Part shown: positions 32,515-45,272 of the stretch, in pieces | Layout: every line of letters starts with the position of its first letter | Position numbering within the stretch: the stretch's first letter is position 1 | Source of the DNA: Limnothrix sp. BL-A-16 | Lineage (GTDB): Bacteria > Cyanobacteriota > Cyanobacteriia > CACIAM-69d | Direction: 5' to 3' | Length of the DNA: 64,000 nucleotides | Assembly (NCBI GenBank): GCA_041937175.2 | Contig: CP166615.1 | Coordinates: 3,744,001 to 3,808,000 of the forward strand | Notes under the pieces: generated by a model | Told to the model about the DNA's origin: nothing | Database searches by the model: none | The model's input: the letters and a program-made list of their open reading frames with translations, nothing else | Program-made: the position numbers and the translations under genes

Positions 32515-32577
32515 CATCCAGACCGGCACGTTGAGACCCAACCATCCCAGCGTCACCGTTCCAGCGACCAACTAGCC

Positions 32578-32615
32578 CGATCGGGGCCGGTCAATTTGGC
32601 CCCTGGCCCCGATCG
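32578..32615. terminator. GC-rich hairpin downstream of the ChW-repeat gene
   Basis: CGATCGGGGCCGG...CTGGCCCCGATCG. No clear U-tract. Confidence 0.4.
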
Positions 32616-32718
32616 AGGACGGTGGTTGGCTGGCTGGTTTCATGCCCCCAACTGATCGCCACAGCCCACTAGAATCAGCCCAGCGCAATCAAGGGCGAGC
32701 GCCATCAACCAAACTCTA

Positions 32719-32860
32719 GTAGCGCGGCTGCCTTAATTCACTGGGTCAGACTATATGACTGTTACCGTCACCTGATCGTTAGGCAGCAAGGGGCTTAAGC
32801 CCCTTGTTACCACGACTAGCCCTGCAACTTTGACCTAATGCATTATGCCTGTCGCGCTAC
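32719..32860. mobile_element. MITE family C (142 bp)
   Basis: Ends (CTA)GTAGCGCG...CGCGCTAC(TAG), with an imperfect IR extending about 30 bp. Perfect CAAGGGGCTTAAGCCCCTTG at 32787-32806. Confidence 0.8.
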
Positions 32861-32939
32861 TAGCTAGCCCCGAAGACCACGCTAAGAATACTGCCATGGC
32901 TTCCAAGATTTAAGCTGCTTTAAATTGCTGAGACCTGAG

Positions 32940-33012
32940 TGGAGGTTAGCGGACTCGAACCGCTGACATCCTGCTTGCAAAGCAGGCGCTCTACCAACTG
33001 AGCTAAACCCCC
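32940..33012 (-). tRNA. trnA: tRNA-Ala(UGC), CCA not encoded
   Basis: GGGGGTTTAGCTCAGTTGGTAGAGCGCCTGCTTTGCAAGCAGGATGTCAGCGGTTCGAGTCCGCTAACCTCCA. Anticodon TGC, G3:U70 pair. Confidence 0.97.
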
Positions 33013-33034
33013 GCGCCGTGGTGCGGCGAAACCA

Positions 33035-33062
33035 AGTTTAGCAAATTTTCCGAAAGATGCAA
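33035..33062 (-). promoter_or_regulatory. Sigma70-like promoter of tRNA-Ala
   Basis: TTGCAT-16 bp-TAAACT with a TG extension, just upstream of the tRNA. Confidence 0.55.
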
Positions 33063-33100
33063 GCCCTCTGCACAAAAAAAGTTGCCCCGATGGCGTTGAT

Positions 33101-34003
33101 CTAGGAATTCGCCGCCTCGGCCCGTAATTCTTGGATCAGTTGCTCCAAGCCTGAAACGTCCGTTTGATAGACCGAATTACAGAAATGGCAAGTGGCCTCT
33201 GCGCCGCCGTCCTTGACAATCATGTCCCGCAGTTCATCTTCACCCAACGTCTTCAGGGCCCGCAGCACTCGCTCATTGGTGCAACCACAGTGGAAGCGCA
33301 GCATTTGCACCTCCGGGAAAATTTCCAACCCCATATCCCCCAACAGATCTTGCAGGATCTCCGGCAAAGACTTGCCGCTCCGCAAGAGTGGGGTGAACCC
33401 CTGAAGGGCTTCAATGCGGCTTTCCAACAACGCCAGGGCCGAATCCTCGATCGAGGCCTGCGGCATGACCTGAATCAGCAATCCCCCGGCCGCCGTCACT
33501 CCGTCTGGCTCCACAAACACCCCCAAGGAAAGGGCCGAAGGCGTTTGTTCAGAGTTCGCCAAGTAATGCGTCACATCCTCAGCCACTTCCCCGGAGACAA
33601 TTTCCGTGGTGCTGGAATAGGGATAGCCATAGCCAAAATCACGGACAGCATAGAGGTAGCCTTTCCCGATCGCCCCGCCCACATCGAGCTTGCCCTTGGC
33701 GTTGGGTGGCAACTCCACACTAGGATTACCCACATAGCCCCGAGCCGTGCCATCGCAGCCCGCATCCGCCATCACAACGCCCAGGGGCCCATCCCCCCGA
33801 AAGCGCAAATTAACGCGAGCTTCCGTGCGCTTCATGTTGGCGGCCAGCAACAGGCCGGCCGTCATGGTGCGACCCAATGCAGCGGTGGCTACGTAGGATA
33901 GGTTGTGCCGGACTCGGGCTTCGTCGGTCAAACGGGTGGTGATGGCTCCCACCGCGCGGATACCCCCATCGGCGGCAGTGGCTCGGATTAGACGATCGCC
34001 CAT
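33101..34003 (-). CDS. hslO: Hsp33 redox-regulated chaperone
   Basis: ATAALGR, SEQTPSAL, FHCGC...CHFC zinc motif. Start MGDRL at 34003. Confidence 0.95.
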   Translation of the reverse strand: MGDRLIRATAADGGIRAVGAITTRLTDEARVRHNLSYVATAALGRTMTAGLLLAANMKRTEARVNLRFRGDGPLGVVMADAGCDGTARGYVGNPSVELPPNAKGKLDVGGAIGKGYLYAVRDFGYGYPYSSTTEIVSGEVAEDVTHYLANSEQTPSALSLGVFVEPDGVTAAGGLLIQVMPQASIEDSALALLESRIEALQGFTPLLRSGKSLPEILQDLLGDMGLEIFPEVQMLRFHCGCTNERVLRALKTLGEDELRDMIVKDGGAEATCHFCNSVYQTDVSGLEQLIQELRAEAANS

Positions 34004-34098
34004 GACAAAACCCTTACATTTCTTAACCTGCGTTATTAATTCATTGTATCCATTGGATCTGTCTAAATTACGGCACAACCTACAGAACCCCAAAGCCT

Positions 34099-34509
34099 AT
34101 GTTCGGCACCTTTCAACAAGCCCAGTTGCGCATTGAACTCGAAGCCTCCGCAACCCGAATTGGCGATAGCATTCTGCGCCCTAGCGAATGGCCCCATTGG
34201 ATTGGCCCCCAGCGGTTTTCGGCAAATTTGCCCGATCATCTGGTCACCGGCACAACCTACACCAGTTGGCTGGGGCCCCTGGAAATTCAGCACCATGTCC
34301 AATGGGCAAATGATCGGGGTCTCTCGCTCATTCTGGCCGGGGCGATCGATGGTCACCACGAATGGCATTGGGGCGATGGGTGGCTGCAATCGCGCGTTGA
34401 GGGGGTCTCGATGTTGCCCTTGCGGTTAGGCCATGTGACCAGTTTGTTGCGCCTGAAGGCCTATCTCAGCCGCCAGAATCCCACCGTGCGATCGGGCATG
34501 GCCGCCTGA
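34099..34509 (+). CDS. Conserved cyanobacterial hypothetical protein (SRPBCC-like)
   Basis: MFGTFQQ..LRIE, GAIDGHHEWHWGDGWLQSRVEGVS. Confidence 0.7.
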   Translation: MFGTFQQAQLRIELEASATRIGDSILRPSEWPHWIGPQRFSANLPDHLVTGTTYTSWLGPLEIQHHVQWANDRGLSLILAGAIDGHHEWHWGDGWLQSRVEGVSMLPLRLGHVTSLLRLKAYLSRQNPTVRSGMAA

Positions 34510-34572
34510 GTCTCTGCTTAGTGGCCCCCAAACATCAGTTACACCGATCCCGATCGCCCCTTGAGACGGCTT

Positions 34573-35028
34573 TCAAGTGGGGCCCGTTTGCCGAAGGGAC
34601 TGTTCGGCATAGACCCGAAAGCGCTCCAAATCTGCCTGTAGCGTTGATTCCACAATCCGCCCCAAAAACAGCCGATCCATCAACTGCCCAACGATCCCCG
34701 GAATGTCGTAGGCGATGCTCATGCGCACAATGCTGCTGCCCTTGCGATCGTAAAACCGCACGGCTCCCCGGTTGGGCAACCCGTCGATCGATTCCCACTG
34801 AATGATTTGGTTATCCACCAACCGCACAATTCGCGACTTCCAATCAAACCGGAAATTTCCCGAAGCAAATTGCCAAATGGAAATCTCCGGATCCGCATCG
34901 GAAATATGCACCGAATCAATCCATTTCATCCAGCGGGGCATTTGTTCTAGGTCAGACCAAAGGCTCCACACATGCTCGATCGGAACCGGAACTTCTACTT
35001 GAACGCTGTGTTCGAGCCAGTCGGTCAT
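34573..35028 (-). CDS. SRPBCC / polyketide cyclase-family protein
   Basis: WLEHSVQVEV..VWSLWSDLEQMPRWMKWI, GLPNRGAVRF. Confidence 0.88.
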   Translation of the reverse strand: MTDWLEHSVQVEVPVPIEHVWSLWSDLEQMPRWMKWIDSVHISDADPEISIWQFASGNFRFDWKSRIVRLVDNQIIQWESIDGLPNRGAVRFYDRKGSSIVRMSIAYDIPGIVGQLMDRLFLGRIVESTLQADLERFRVYAEQSLRQTGPT

Positions 35029-35347
35029 GGGGAATTGGCGGGCTGTTGCGATCGCCCGGTGAAACGCTCAACCGATGCCTACGATAGCACTCTGGCTCTC
35101 GGTCGTGGCGATTAACCTGATGTGACCGTCGCGATCACCGCGCCGATCAGCCACAGGTATTGGGGCGATCGCACCCAGGGCAAACCAGCATCGTCATCCA
35201 AAATGGGGCGTTTGGGATCCGACATAGGCTGGGGAGGAGCAAGAACCGTTGAGCCATCGCTGTGATCAAGCTAATCCCAATGCTATGGGAATGTCACTCA
35301 TCGCAGCCAACAGTAGAATTCTTCAAGAATCTATATGGCTAATGAGT

Positions 35348-36649
35348 TTAGCGAGAAATTAATAGAAGCTCTGAATGATGTAAAGCAGTTGAGGATCTAA
35401 ATAAATCTTCAAAAATTGCTTGAATGACTGGCACAGATACAGAATTTCCTAGTTGATGATAGGTCGCTATATCATCAGTATGTACCTGGAAGTCATCAGG
35501 AAAACCCTGAAGCCTTGCACATTCTCTTGGAGTAATTCGCCTTGGAATTCCGTTTTGTACAACACCCAAACGATGAGAATCACTGGCAGTGAGTGTAATA
35601 GAAATACTATCAGGATCTAGAAACTTAAATACTTCAAACGACATGTTGCCGCATTTGGGATTATACTTATCGTCAATAAATCGTAAATAACCTTTACTCA
35701 CTAAGTCCTGCAAAAGTTTTTCGAGATTTGGCTGATTCCAGAAGGTTTTAATTTGTTCTAGCGTTAGAGCTTTTCCATCTTGATGTGTACCAAAATGCTT
35801 TTTGCGACGATTTTCAATAATGGCATTCATTAAATCTCGCTCTTCAAGGGAGCAATTTCCCTTAAGACCCAAATCCCAGGAATGAATTGAGTTGCCACCT
35901 CGATAATCAATCAAACGAAAACCATGCAGAGTTTCTAAAGGTTTGCCATTGAGAGCAAGACGTAATTGCTCCGTGAATGTTTCTGAGCATTGATATCGTG
36001 GATCAGGGTTGCGTTCTAAAATATCTCGAACACAACAGTATTGCGATTGATTGATAAATAAATCAATTTGAGAAAATGTTTTTTTAAATTGATGAGAATC
36101 TGGAGTTCCCACATTCGATTGCAGGGTTAACTCGGGTTCATGATCCAAAATACCGACAATGTAAACTCTTACTCGATTTTGTGGAACACCAAAGTTAGAG
36201 CTATTCAGGAGTAAAGTCCTGGTACGATAGCCGAGTGATCGCAGTCTTTCAATGACAGTTTTATGAGTTCTGCCAGAATCATGAGTCGTAAATCCTCTGA
36301 CATTTTCTAATAGCAATATTCTGGGTTTGGTTTCTAAGTTTGACAATAGTCGTTCAATTTCAAAAAAGAGTGTACCTCTAGTATCAGCAAAGCCTTTCTG
36401 CTTGCCAGCATAGGAAAAAGATTGGCAAGGAAAACCCGCCAAGAGAACGTCATGGGTCGGTAAGTAATCAGCAGCCCGAATATCCCCATAAGGCTCTTCA
36501 CCAAAATTAAGTTGATAAGTTTGCTTGGCTTTTTCATCAATTTCGCTGGAGAAAACGCAATCTCCTTTCAGTCCTTGTTTTGAAAGAGCTAATTCTAGTC
36601 CTTTCCTCATTCCGCCAATACCGGCAAATAAATCAACAAACTTGATCAT
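35348..36649 (-). CDS. C5 cytosine DNA methyltransferase (M.BanI/HgiCI-like)
   Basis: DLFAGIGG, AGFPCQ, ENV, PQNRVRVY, RECARLQGFP, LGNSV. Confidence 0.95.
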   Translation of the reverse strand: MIKFVDLFAGIGGMRKGLELALSKQGLKGDCVFSSEIDEKAKQTYQLNFGEEPYGDIRAADYLPTHDVLLAGFPCQSFSYAGKQKGFADTRGTLFFEIERLLSNLETKPRILLLENVRGFTTHDSGRTHKTVIERLRSLGYRTRTLLLNSSNFGVPQNRVRVYIVGILDHEPELTLQSNVGTPDSHQFKKTFSQIDLFINQSQYCCVRDILERNPDPRYQCSETFTEQLRLALNGKPLETLHGFRLIDYRGGNSIHSWDLGLKGNCSLEERDLMNAIIENRRKKHFGTHQDGKALTLEQIKTFWNQPNLEKLLQDLVSKGYLRFIDDKYNPKCGNMSFEVFKFLDPDSISITLTASDSHRLGVVQNGIPRRITPRECARLQGFPDDFQVHTDDIATYHQLGNSVSVPVIQAIFEDLFRSSTALHHSELLLISR

Positions 36650-36684
36650 GCTTGTCCTTTTAAGTAATCTAGATTTCAAATAGC

Positions 36685-37734
36685 CTAAAGATTTCTGATT
36701 AAAAATTCAGCTAGCTTCTGAATGCTCTCTGGTGACATCGTAGAAATGAAATCGCTGTTTTCCAGAAGAATATTAATAGCACTCTTACGAATTTCGATAT
36801 TACCAACCCCGTCAATGACATAACAGATTTTATGATTTTCACTGTGAGCACTTGCCAAAAGAGAAGATGACTCTCGGGCTTTTCTTTCAATAACGCTATT
36901 GGTCGTGACTTGAAAACTGACTTCAATTCCACAATATTGATTTTGAGGAGACCGAACAACAATATCAAAGTTCGTTTCTCGTTGATCTTGAGTATGTGAA
37001 ACCTTCGGTAGAGACGAATCCTTGAGCAGCTCCCAATTTGATGGGAGTAAGTCTTTGAGGTGGTTCAAGACATAATCTTGAGCTAAATGCCCGAGATCAT
37101 TGGAGGTTGCGCCAGCGACTTGACGACTCACTCGAAGATAGTTTTCTTTTGCAAAATTATCTAGCTCTTGGCATTTACCGAGTAAAGATCCGAGGATACA
37201 TTTTTCTTTAATATCGCCTGGCAAGGTGTCGTAAACTGCAGACGAACCGAACAGTAGCAGCATAGCTACATCCTGCATGATTGCTGTTACTTTCTGATCA
37301 GATTTGTCTTTGATGAGAAGACTTTGAGCATCAACACCTAATGCTGAATTACTCAATGAGCATTTTATTTGGATTTTTTTAAACGAATATTCTTGAACTT
37401 GTCCTTGCCATTCAAATTGTAAAATTCCGTCGGAAAAATACCGAGATAAAGGAGGCAGCTTATTTAGTGCTTCCCCTCCTAAATCACTAGCAACCATCAA
37501 ATGTTTTAGAAATAAGGAGCCTGATAGAAGACGGCTCTGTTCGAGTCCGTTAATCCAAGCTTCTGGGTGGCTGTCACAAATTTTCAGCAACGAAATGAAA
37601 GCGTCTTGAGTTTTTAAAAGAATTGGAAGTGTGCTTTTGTGACCCGCTCGTTGAAGCAACTCCGTTGGCCAGTGGAGAATTGCTTCAGCTTGTAGGTCTG
37701 CTAGGGTTCTTTGCTTCGAGAACATTGCTCCCAT
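36685..37734 (-). CDS. Type II restriction endonuclease, BanI/HgiCI-like (GGYRCC predicted)
   Basis: QDAFISLL, LFLKHL..SDLGGE.LN, FDIVV..GIEVSFQVTTNSVIERKA, YVIDG.GN resemble R.BanI as recalled. Directly upstream of the C5 MTase. Confidence 0.8.
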   Translation of the reverse strand: MGAMFSKQRTLADLQAEAILHWPTELLQRAGHKSTLPILLKTQDAFISLLKICDSHPEAWINGLEQSRLLSGSLFLKHLMVASDLGGEALNKLPPLSRYFSDGILQFEWQGQVQEYSFKKIQIKCSLSNSALGVDAQSLLIKDKSDQKVTAIMQDVAMLLLFGSSAVYDTLPGDIKEKCILGSLLGKCQELDNFAKENYLRVSRQVAGATSNDLGHLAQDYVLNHLKDLLPSNWELLKDSSLPKVSHTQDQRETNFDIVVRSPQNQYCGIEVSFQVTTNSVIERKARESSSLLASAHSENHKICYVIDGVGNIEIRKSAINILLENSDFISTMSPESIQKLAEFLIRNL

Positions 37735-37814
37735 CAAGAGTTGCTAACTTAGACCCTGCAACGACACGAGGAGAAGGGCAAAACCTGATCGCCTCATGCC
37801 GTTGCTGGCTAATC

Positions 37815-40302
<2,488 letters not shown>

Positions 40303-40817
40303 GGTGCAGAGAGGGGCAAGAGGGCAAGATTACGCGGTTGAACCGGGCTGGCTCGTGGTGGCGGGGCAATCACCAAAGGTGATCATGGGCGAATCGCAGT
40401 GAACAGACCCAATGAACAGACCAAGCAGCTCCCATGAATCAAATCGATGGACAGATCCCGGGGATTTGTCATTAACCAAGTCAACAGCCCGAAAATGGGC
40501 TAGCAACAGGCTCACAGCGGCTCCTTAACCCCAAATCAGTGCCGATGTTTTGAGCTAGGGGATGGGAAACTGTGAATAAATGTTTACAACCTTAAAACTA
40601 ATTTAAAGGATTCTGTATGGCCTGGCGCGATCGCGCGGGTACGGGAATTGCGACAAGGGCAGGAGCGATAGGGGGCAAGACCCCTCAGGGAGGTGTTAAA
40701 GTGCTGGAATCCAAAGGCTGGTATCTCTCCCTGAGCCACAATCGCGCGGGTTGGTGGGCAATCCGGCCGGGTTTGATTCCCCCCAAACAAGTCCCAGACA
40801 TGCTTCATCAGTCTCGG

Positions 40818-40944
40818 TTGGGCCATGGTTGGGCTTTGATTGGGCCATGATTGGGTTTTGCTTGGGCTTTGATTGGGCATAGATCTAGCGTTAGTCGTTT
40901 TTGATTTACGTCTTCATGTCGATTTACGTCGATTCACGTCGATC
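40818..40944. repeat. Short tandem repeats: 11-mer TTGGGYYWTGN x5, then GATTYACGTC x3
   Basis: Read directly from the intergenic sequence. Confidence 0.75.
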
Positions 40945-41030
40945 GGCATCCCGATCAAGCCCCAACTGGGCGGGTATGGTGATTCACGATGCATCCTCTG
41001 GTCGGGCTGGGCCAAGAACACAGAACACCC

Positions 41031-42728
41031 ATGGGTCAGGTTTCTTTTGATCGTCTCTACCGCTATGCGGAGCTGTCGGAGATTTTGCAGAGCTACGCGG
41101 CCGCATTTCCGCACCTTGTCCAGTTGGCATCCATTGGCCGCAGCTACGAGGGCCGGGATATTTGGTTATTAACCATCACCAATCGTGACACCGGGCCCGA
41201 TCGCCACAAGCCGGCCCTCTGGGTGGATGGCAATATCCACGCCACAGAGCTGGCCCCTTCCACGGCCTGCCTCTATCTCCTCGACTTTTTGACAAGGCAC
41301 TATGGCCGCGATCCGGACGTTACCCGCTGTCTGGATTCGCGGACATTTTATATTTGCCCGCGTGTGAACCCCGATGGGGCTGAGCTGGCCCTGGCCGATC
41401 GCCCCAAATTTGTGCGATCGAGCACCCGACCCTACCCGGGCGATCGGTTGGCGGGCGGCCCCAGCGAACTGCAAATGGAAGATATCGATGGGGACGGGCG
41501 GATTCTTTGGATGCGGGTGCCGGATCCAAACGGGGCCTGGAAGGTGTCCGATCGCGATCCCCGGTTGTTGGTGCGGCGCGACCCGATCGAAACGGGCGGC
41601 ACTTACTATCGACTGCTGCCGGAAGGCCGGATCGATCGCTACGACGGCGCAACGATCGCCACGCCGCCGCCCACCGAAGGGTTGGATCTGAATCGCAATT
41701 TCCCGATGCAGTGGCGACCGGAGCCAGAGCAAACCGGCGCGGGCAACTATCCCACCTCGGAGCCGGAAACCCGGGCGATCGCCGATTTCATTGCCCAGCA
41801 TCCCAACCTAAACGCCGCCGTGGCCTTTCACACCTTTGGCGGTCTGTTATTGCGCCCCTACAGCCATGCCACCGATATGGAACTGCCCCAGGCGGATTGG
41901 CTGAATTACCGGGCGATCGGGCAAAAGGGCACGGAACTGACCGACTATCCCGCCACCAGTGTGTTTGAGGGCTACTGCGACCATCCGAAGAACGTGATGA
42001 CCGGAGCCTTTGACGATTGGTGCTACGAGGAGCGCGGGCTGTTTGCCTGGACGGTGGAGTTGTGGAATTTGCCCCAGGCGGCGGGGGTGAAAACGCCCAA
42101 GCTGCTGGAGTGGCTGGACGACCACCCGATCGAGGAAGATTTGGCGCTGCTGAAGTGGAATGACGAAGTGCTCGATGGGCGCGGCTATGTGGATTGGTAC
42201 GCCTGGGAACATCCGCAATTGGGCAAGGTGGAGCTGGGCGGCTGGAACCAAATTTGCACTTGGCGCAACCCACCGGCTCACCTGTTGGAGCGAGAAATCG
42301 AACGGTTTCCCCGCTGGCTGCTGTGGCAATTGCTGATTTCGCCGTGCCTAGAAGTCGTGAAGGCGACGGCGCAACCCTTGGGCGATCGGCTGTTCCAAAT
42401 TGAATGGGTGGTGCAAAACACGGGCTGGCTGCCGACCAATGGGACGCAAAAGGCGATCGAAAAGGGGGCGGTGCAACCCTGTCGGGCGGCGATCGCCCTG
42501 CCGTCGGGGGCGGAGTTGGTGAGCGGCCAACTGGAAGTGAGCTTGGGTCATCTGGCGGGGCGATCGCACCAACCGACTACGCCCTATTACGACCACATGG
42601 ATCCGACGGACGATCGGGCACGGGTGGTGTGGCTGGTGCGCGGCGAACCGGGGATGGTGGTGGATCTCACAGCTCGGGGCGATCGGGCGGGTTGGGTACA
42701 ACGGGCGATCGTCTTGCCGAGTTCGTAA
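41031..42728 (+). CDS. M14-family zinc carboxypeptidase
   Basis: GNIHATE, NPDG, DLNRNF, SEPETRA, FHT. Confidence 0.92.
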   Translation: MGQVSFDRLYRYAELSEILQSYAAAFPHLVQLASIGRSYEGRDIWLLTITNRDTGPDRHKPALWVDGNIHATELAPSTACLYLLDFLTRHYGRDPDVTRCLDSRTFYICPRVNPDGAELALADRPKFVRSSTRPYPGDRLAGGPSELQMEDIDGDGRILWMRVPDPNGAWKVSDRDPRLLVRRDPIETGGTYYRLLPEGRIDRYDGATIATPPPTEGLDLNRNFPMQWRPEPEQTGAGNYPTSEPETRAIADFIAQHPNLNAAVAFHTFGGLLLRPYSHATDMELPQADWLNYRAIGQKGTELTDYPATSVFEGYCDHPKNVMTGAFDDWCYEERGLFAWTVELWNLPQAAGVKTPKLLEWLDDHPIEEDLALLKWNDEVLDGRGYVDWYAWEHPQLGKVELGGWNQICTWRNPPAHLLEREIERFPRWLLWQLLISPCLEVVKATAQPLGDRLFQIEWVVQNTGWLPTNGTQKAIEKGAVQPCRAAIALPSGAELVSGQLEVSLGHLAGRSHQPTTPYYDHMDPTDDRARVVWLVRGEPGMVVDLTARGDRAGWVQRAIVLPSS

Positions 42729-42989
42729 ATTTTTACAATCTCAAAAACCACGACAGGCTAACGGCTAGCCGGGTTTATTGAAAGGGCTACAAACACCTAG
42801 ATTGAGAATGTGAGTGAGTGGATGTGGCAATAGGTCGATCAGTAAAAGTATGCTAATTGATTGTGGCGATGCCACAACTCTAGTTGTGGCATCAGTCCTG
42901 TAATTAGAGGTGTTATCCTCAGCCTCCGGTCTAATGTATAGTTAGAGCTACCGGTTTTAAGCCACTTGCAAGCATAAAAGACAACAACA

Positions 42990-45272
42990 ATGAAACAAAC
43001 AGACATAAAAGACATAAAAAATGAAATTTGGAATAACCTTGACCGACTTCGGACGGATCTAAGTTTTTCAGGACTTCGTGACACCAGATTATTAGAGCTT
43101 ATCGGAGTAACTTTGGGAGTGGAAAAGCTTAACAGCTTATTCCAAAATGCAGGATTGATTTCCGAATTAACAAAAACCATAACTGCACCTATTTATGTTT
43201 TGAAATTCATTGAAGAACTTATAAAAATCGAGAACAAAAAATCTATTTTTGACCCTTGGGTAACAACATCTTCTCCTGTCTTTTACATTCAAGCTGACAA
43301 TATTTTTGGGACTTGTACAAACCCAACAGAATTTGAAACCATTAAATCCTTATTCAAGGAAAAAAGTCAAAATATAAAACTTGGTGACACACTAAGTGAA
43401 CTATCAAAATCAACACAAATATTTGATTTAGTTTTTTCCTTTCCTCCTTTCGGAATGCGAACGCAATACATAAACGGAGAGAAAAGTCCTTTTGATTTTG
43501 CAACAACTCTACTTTTGAAATGTGGTGAACATTTAGCTCAAGACGGAAAATTGATCTTCCTTGTTGCTAATTCATTTTTGTGGAACGAAAAAGGAAAAGA
43601 AGCATTAAACAAGCAAGGACTTTTTGTTGATGCTATTTTTTCTATTCCTTCCGGTGCCTTTGCACCAATGACAAATATTCAGTCAAATCTTATTCTTATC
43701 TCTAAACGGAATAAAGAGAAAACGTTTGTCGCTGAGATTTCACAAGACGATATAACGAATAAAGCAATACTCCAAAACTTTAAAAACCAAAAAGAAGGTA
43801 AAGCCATTCAACTCGGCTATTTTGTTGATTTTTTGGAGTTTAAGTCATTGAATGTACTGATAGCTGAAAGAGAAATGCAAGAACTTGCTAAGAGAATTGG
43901 CTGCCTGCCAATTCCCTTAACTGATATTTCCAAAATGATAAATGCACTCACAGGTGACAATTCTGATGAAGTCGAGCATTTAGCTAATTCCATTTATTTT
44001 CCTAAATCTGGAAGCAGTCCCGTTGTTTCAAGTGTATCAGAACTAGAAATCAAACCAAGGAATTACTATCAAATTCAACTTGATGAAACAAAAGCTAATG
44101 CAATTTATGTAGCAAATTATTTCAATACGCCAGTTGGCAAAAAACTAAGAGAGAGTTTAGAAGCTGGCGTAGGAATTCCTCGAATTTCAAAATCTCAACT
44201 TTTAAGTTCAAGGTGTGTTTTATTCTTACCCGACTTATCTACTCAAGCAGAGGTGATTGAAGTTGATAGTAAAATTCAACAATTTGCATTTAGACTTGAT
44301 GAACTTAGACGCAATCTATGGAAAAAGCCGAAAAGCCATAAGTCAATCGCCAAGGAATTAACAACTATAAATCAGGAAGAGAAATTGGAAAATTGGATTG
44401 ATAAACTGCCATTTCCTATTTCCTCAATTCTGTGGCGGTATTATGCCACTACAAACGATAAAGATAAAATTGAACACTTGTTTAATTTCTTTGAAGCATT
44501 TTCAGAATTTGTGTGTTTGCTAATATTAAGCTGCTTAAGAAGCAATGAGGATTTTTACAAACAAGAAAACCACCGCTGGACAGCACAAATAAACAAATTT
44601 AAAGATCGGCATTTAAGGGCTGATTTTGGAACTTGGAATAACTTATTGGCTAACTTGTCTAAAGCAATAAGGGTTTTTATGCAGGACAAAGAAAAAAGAA
44701 ATACGTGTTCAGAGTTATTTCCTTCAAGCGGTTTTTTAACGCTTATACAAAACTCAAAAGTATTTCAAATACTTGATGACGTGCGAAAACTAAGAAATGA
44801 CTGGAAAGGACATGCAGGGATAACTCCAAGCAATTTGACTTCTCGAGTTACGACTTTAGAAAAAAAACTAAATGATATAAGAAAACAAATATCAGATTCC
44901 TTTGATGATATGCAAGTTATTACTTCTGCAAAAGATGCTCAATTGGAAGAAGGTATTTGGTCATACACTGCTCGAAATTTAGTAGGTGCAAAATCGCCTT
45001 TCAGAGAAATTAAAGTTAATACTCGACTTAGTTTAGAAAAAAAGAAACTGTATCTCAAAATATCTGAATTTTCAGAACCTATTGAACTTCTTCCATTCCT
45101 GAAATATGAAGAACAAACAGAAGCAATATATTTCTATTCAAAAGTAGAAAGCGAAAAAGTGAACTGGGTTTCATACCATTTTGCAGAAGACCCAAGACGA
45201 GAAGAACAAGAAGACTATAAGTCACTACTTAGAGCATTTGACTTCCTTAACTTCCCTATCCCTGAACCATAG
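42990..45272 (+). CDS. N6-MTase-like domain fused to an HsdS/TRD-like and helical domain (R-M related, catalytic motifs degenerate)
   Basis: IFDPW, VFSFPPFG (not NPPF), HLAQDGKLIFLV, AIFSIPSGAF..TNI, YVANYFNT..G, GIPRISK..LPDLSTQ. Strongly AT-rich. Confidence 0.65.
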   Translation: MKQTDIKDIKNEIWNNLDRLRTDLSFSGLRDTRLLELIGVTLGVEKLNSLFQNAGLISELTKTITAPIYVLKFIEELIKIENKKSIFDPWVTTSSPVFYIQADNIFGTCTNPTEFETIKSLFKEKSQNIKLGDTLSELSKSTQIFDLVFSFPPFGMRTQYINGEKSPFDFATTLLLKCGEHLAQDGKLIFLVANSFLWNEKGKEALNKQGLFVDAIFSIPSGAFAPMTNIQSNLILISKRNKEKTFVAEISQDDITNKAILQNFKNQKEGKAIQLGYFVDFLEFKSLNVLIAEREMQELAKRIGCLPIPLTDISKMINALTGDNSDEVEHLANSIYFPKSGSSPVVSSVSELEIKPRNYYQIQLDETKANAIYVANYFNTPVGKKLRESLEAGVGIPRISKSQLLSSRCVLFLPDLSTQAEVIEVDSKIQQFAFRLDELRRNLWKKPKSHKSIAKELTTINQEEKLENWIDKLPFPISSILWRYYATTNDKDKIEHLFNFFEAFSEFVCLLILSCLRSNEDFYKQENHRWTAQINKFKDRHLRADFGTWNNLLANLSKAIRVFMQDKEKRNTCSELFPSSGFLTLIQNSKVFQILDDVRKLRNDWKGHAGITPSNLTSRVTTLEKKLNDIRKQISDSFDDMQVITSAKDAQLEEGIWSYTARNLVGAKSPFREIKVNTRLSLEKKKLYLKISEFSEPIELLPFLKYEEQTEAIYFYSKVESEKVNWVSYHFAEDPRREEQEDYKSLLRAFDFLNFPIPEP

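Noticed and set aside
32940..33012. tRNA as an integration site of a genomic island
   Set aside because: No duplicated tRNA 3' end and no integrase seen in the window.
35170..35250. c-di-GMP-I riboswitch-like start (CAGGGCAAACC)
   Set aside because: The downstream GNRA stem and GACGCAAAGC elements are not present.
40818..40944. Possible CRISPR array
   Set aside because: Units are 10-11 bp, contiguous and lack unique spacers. No cas genes in the window.
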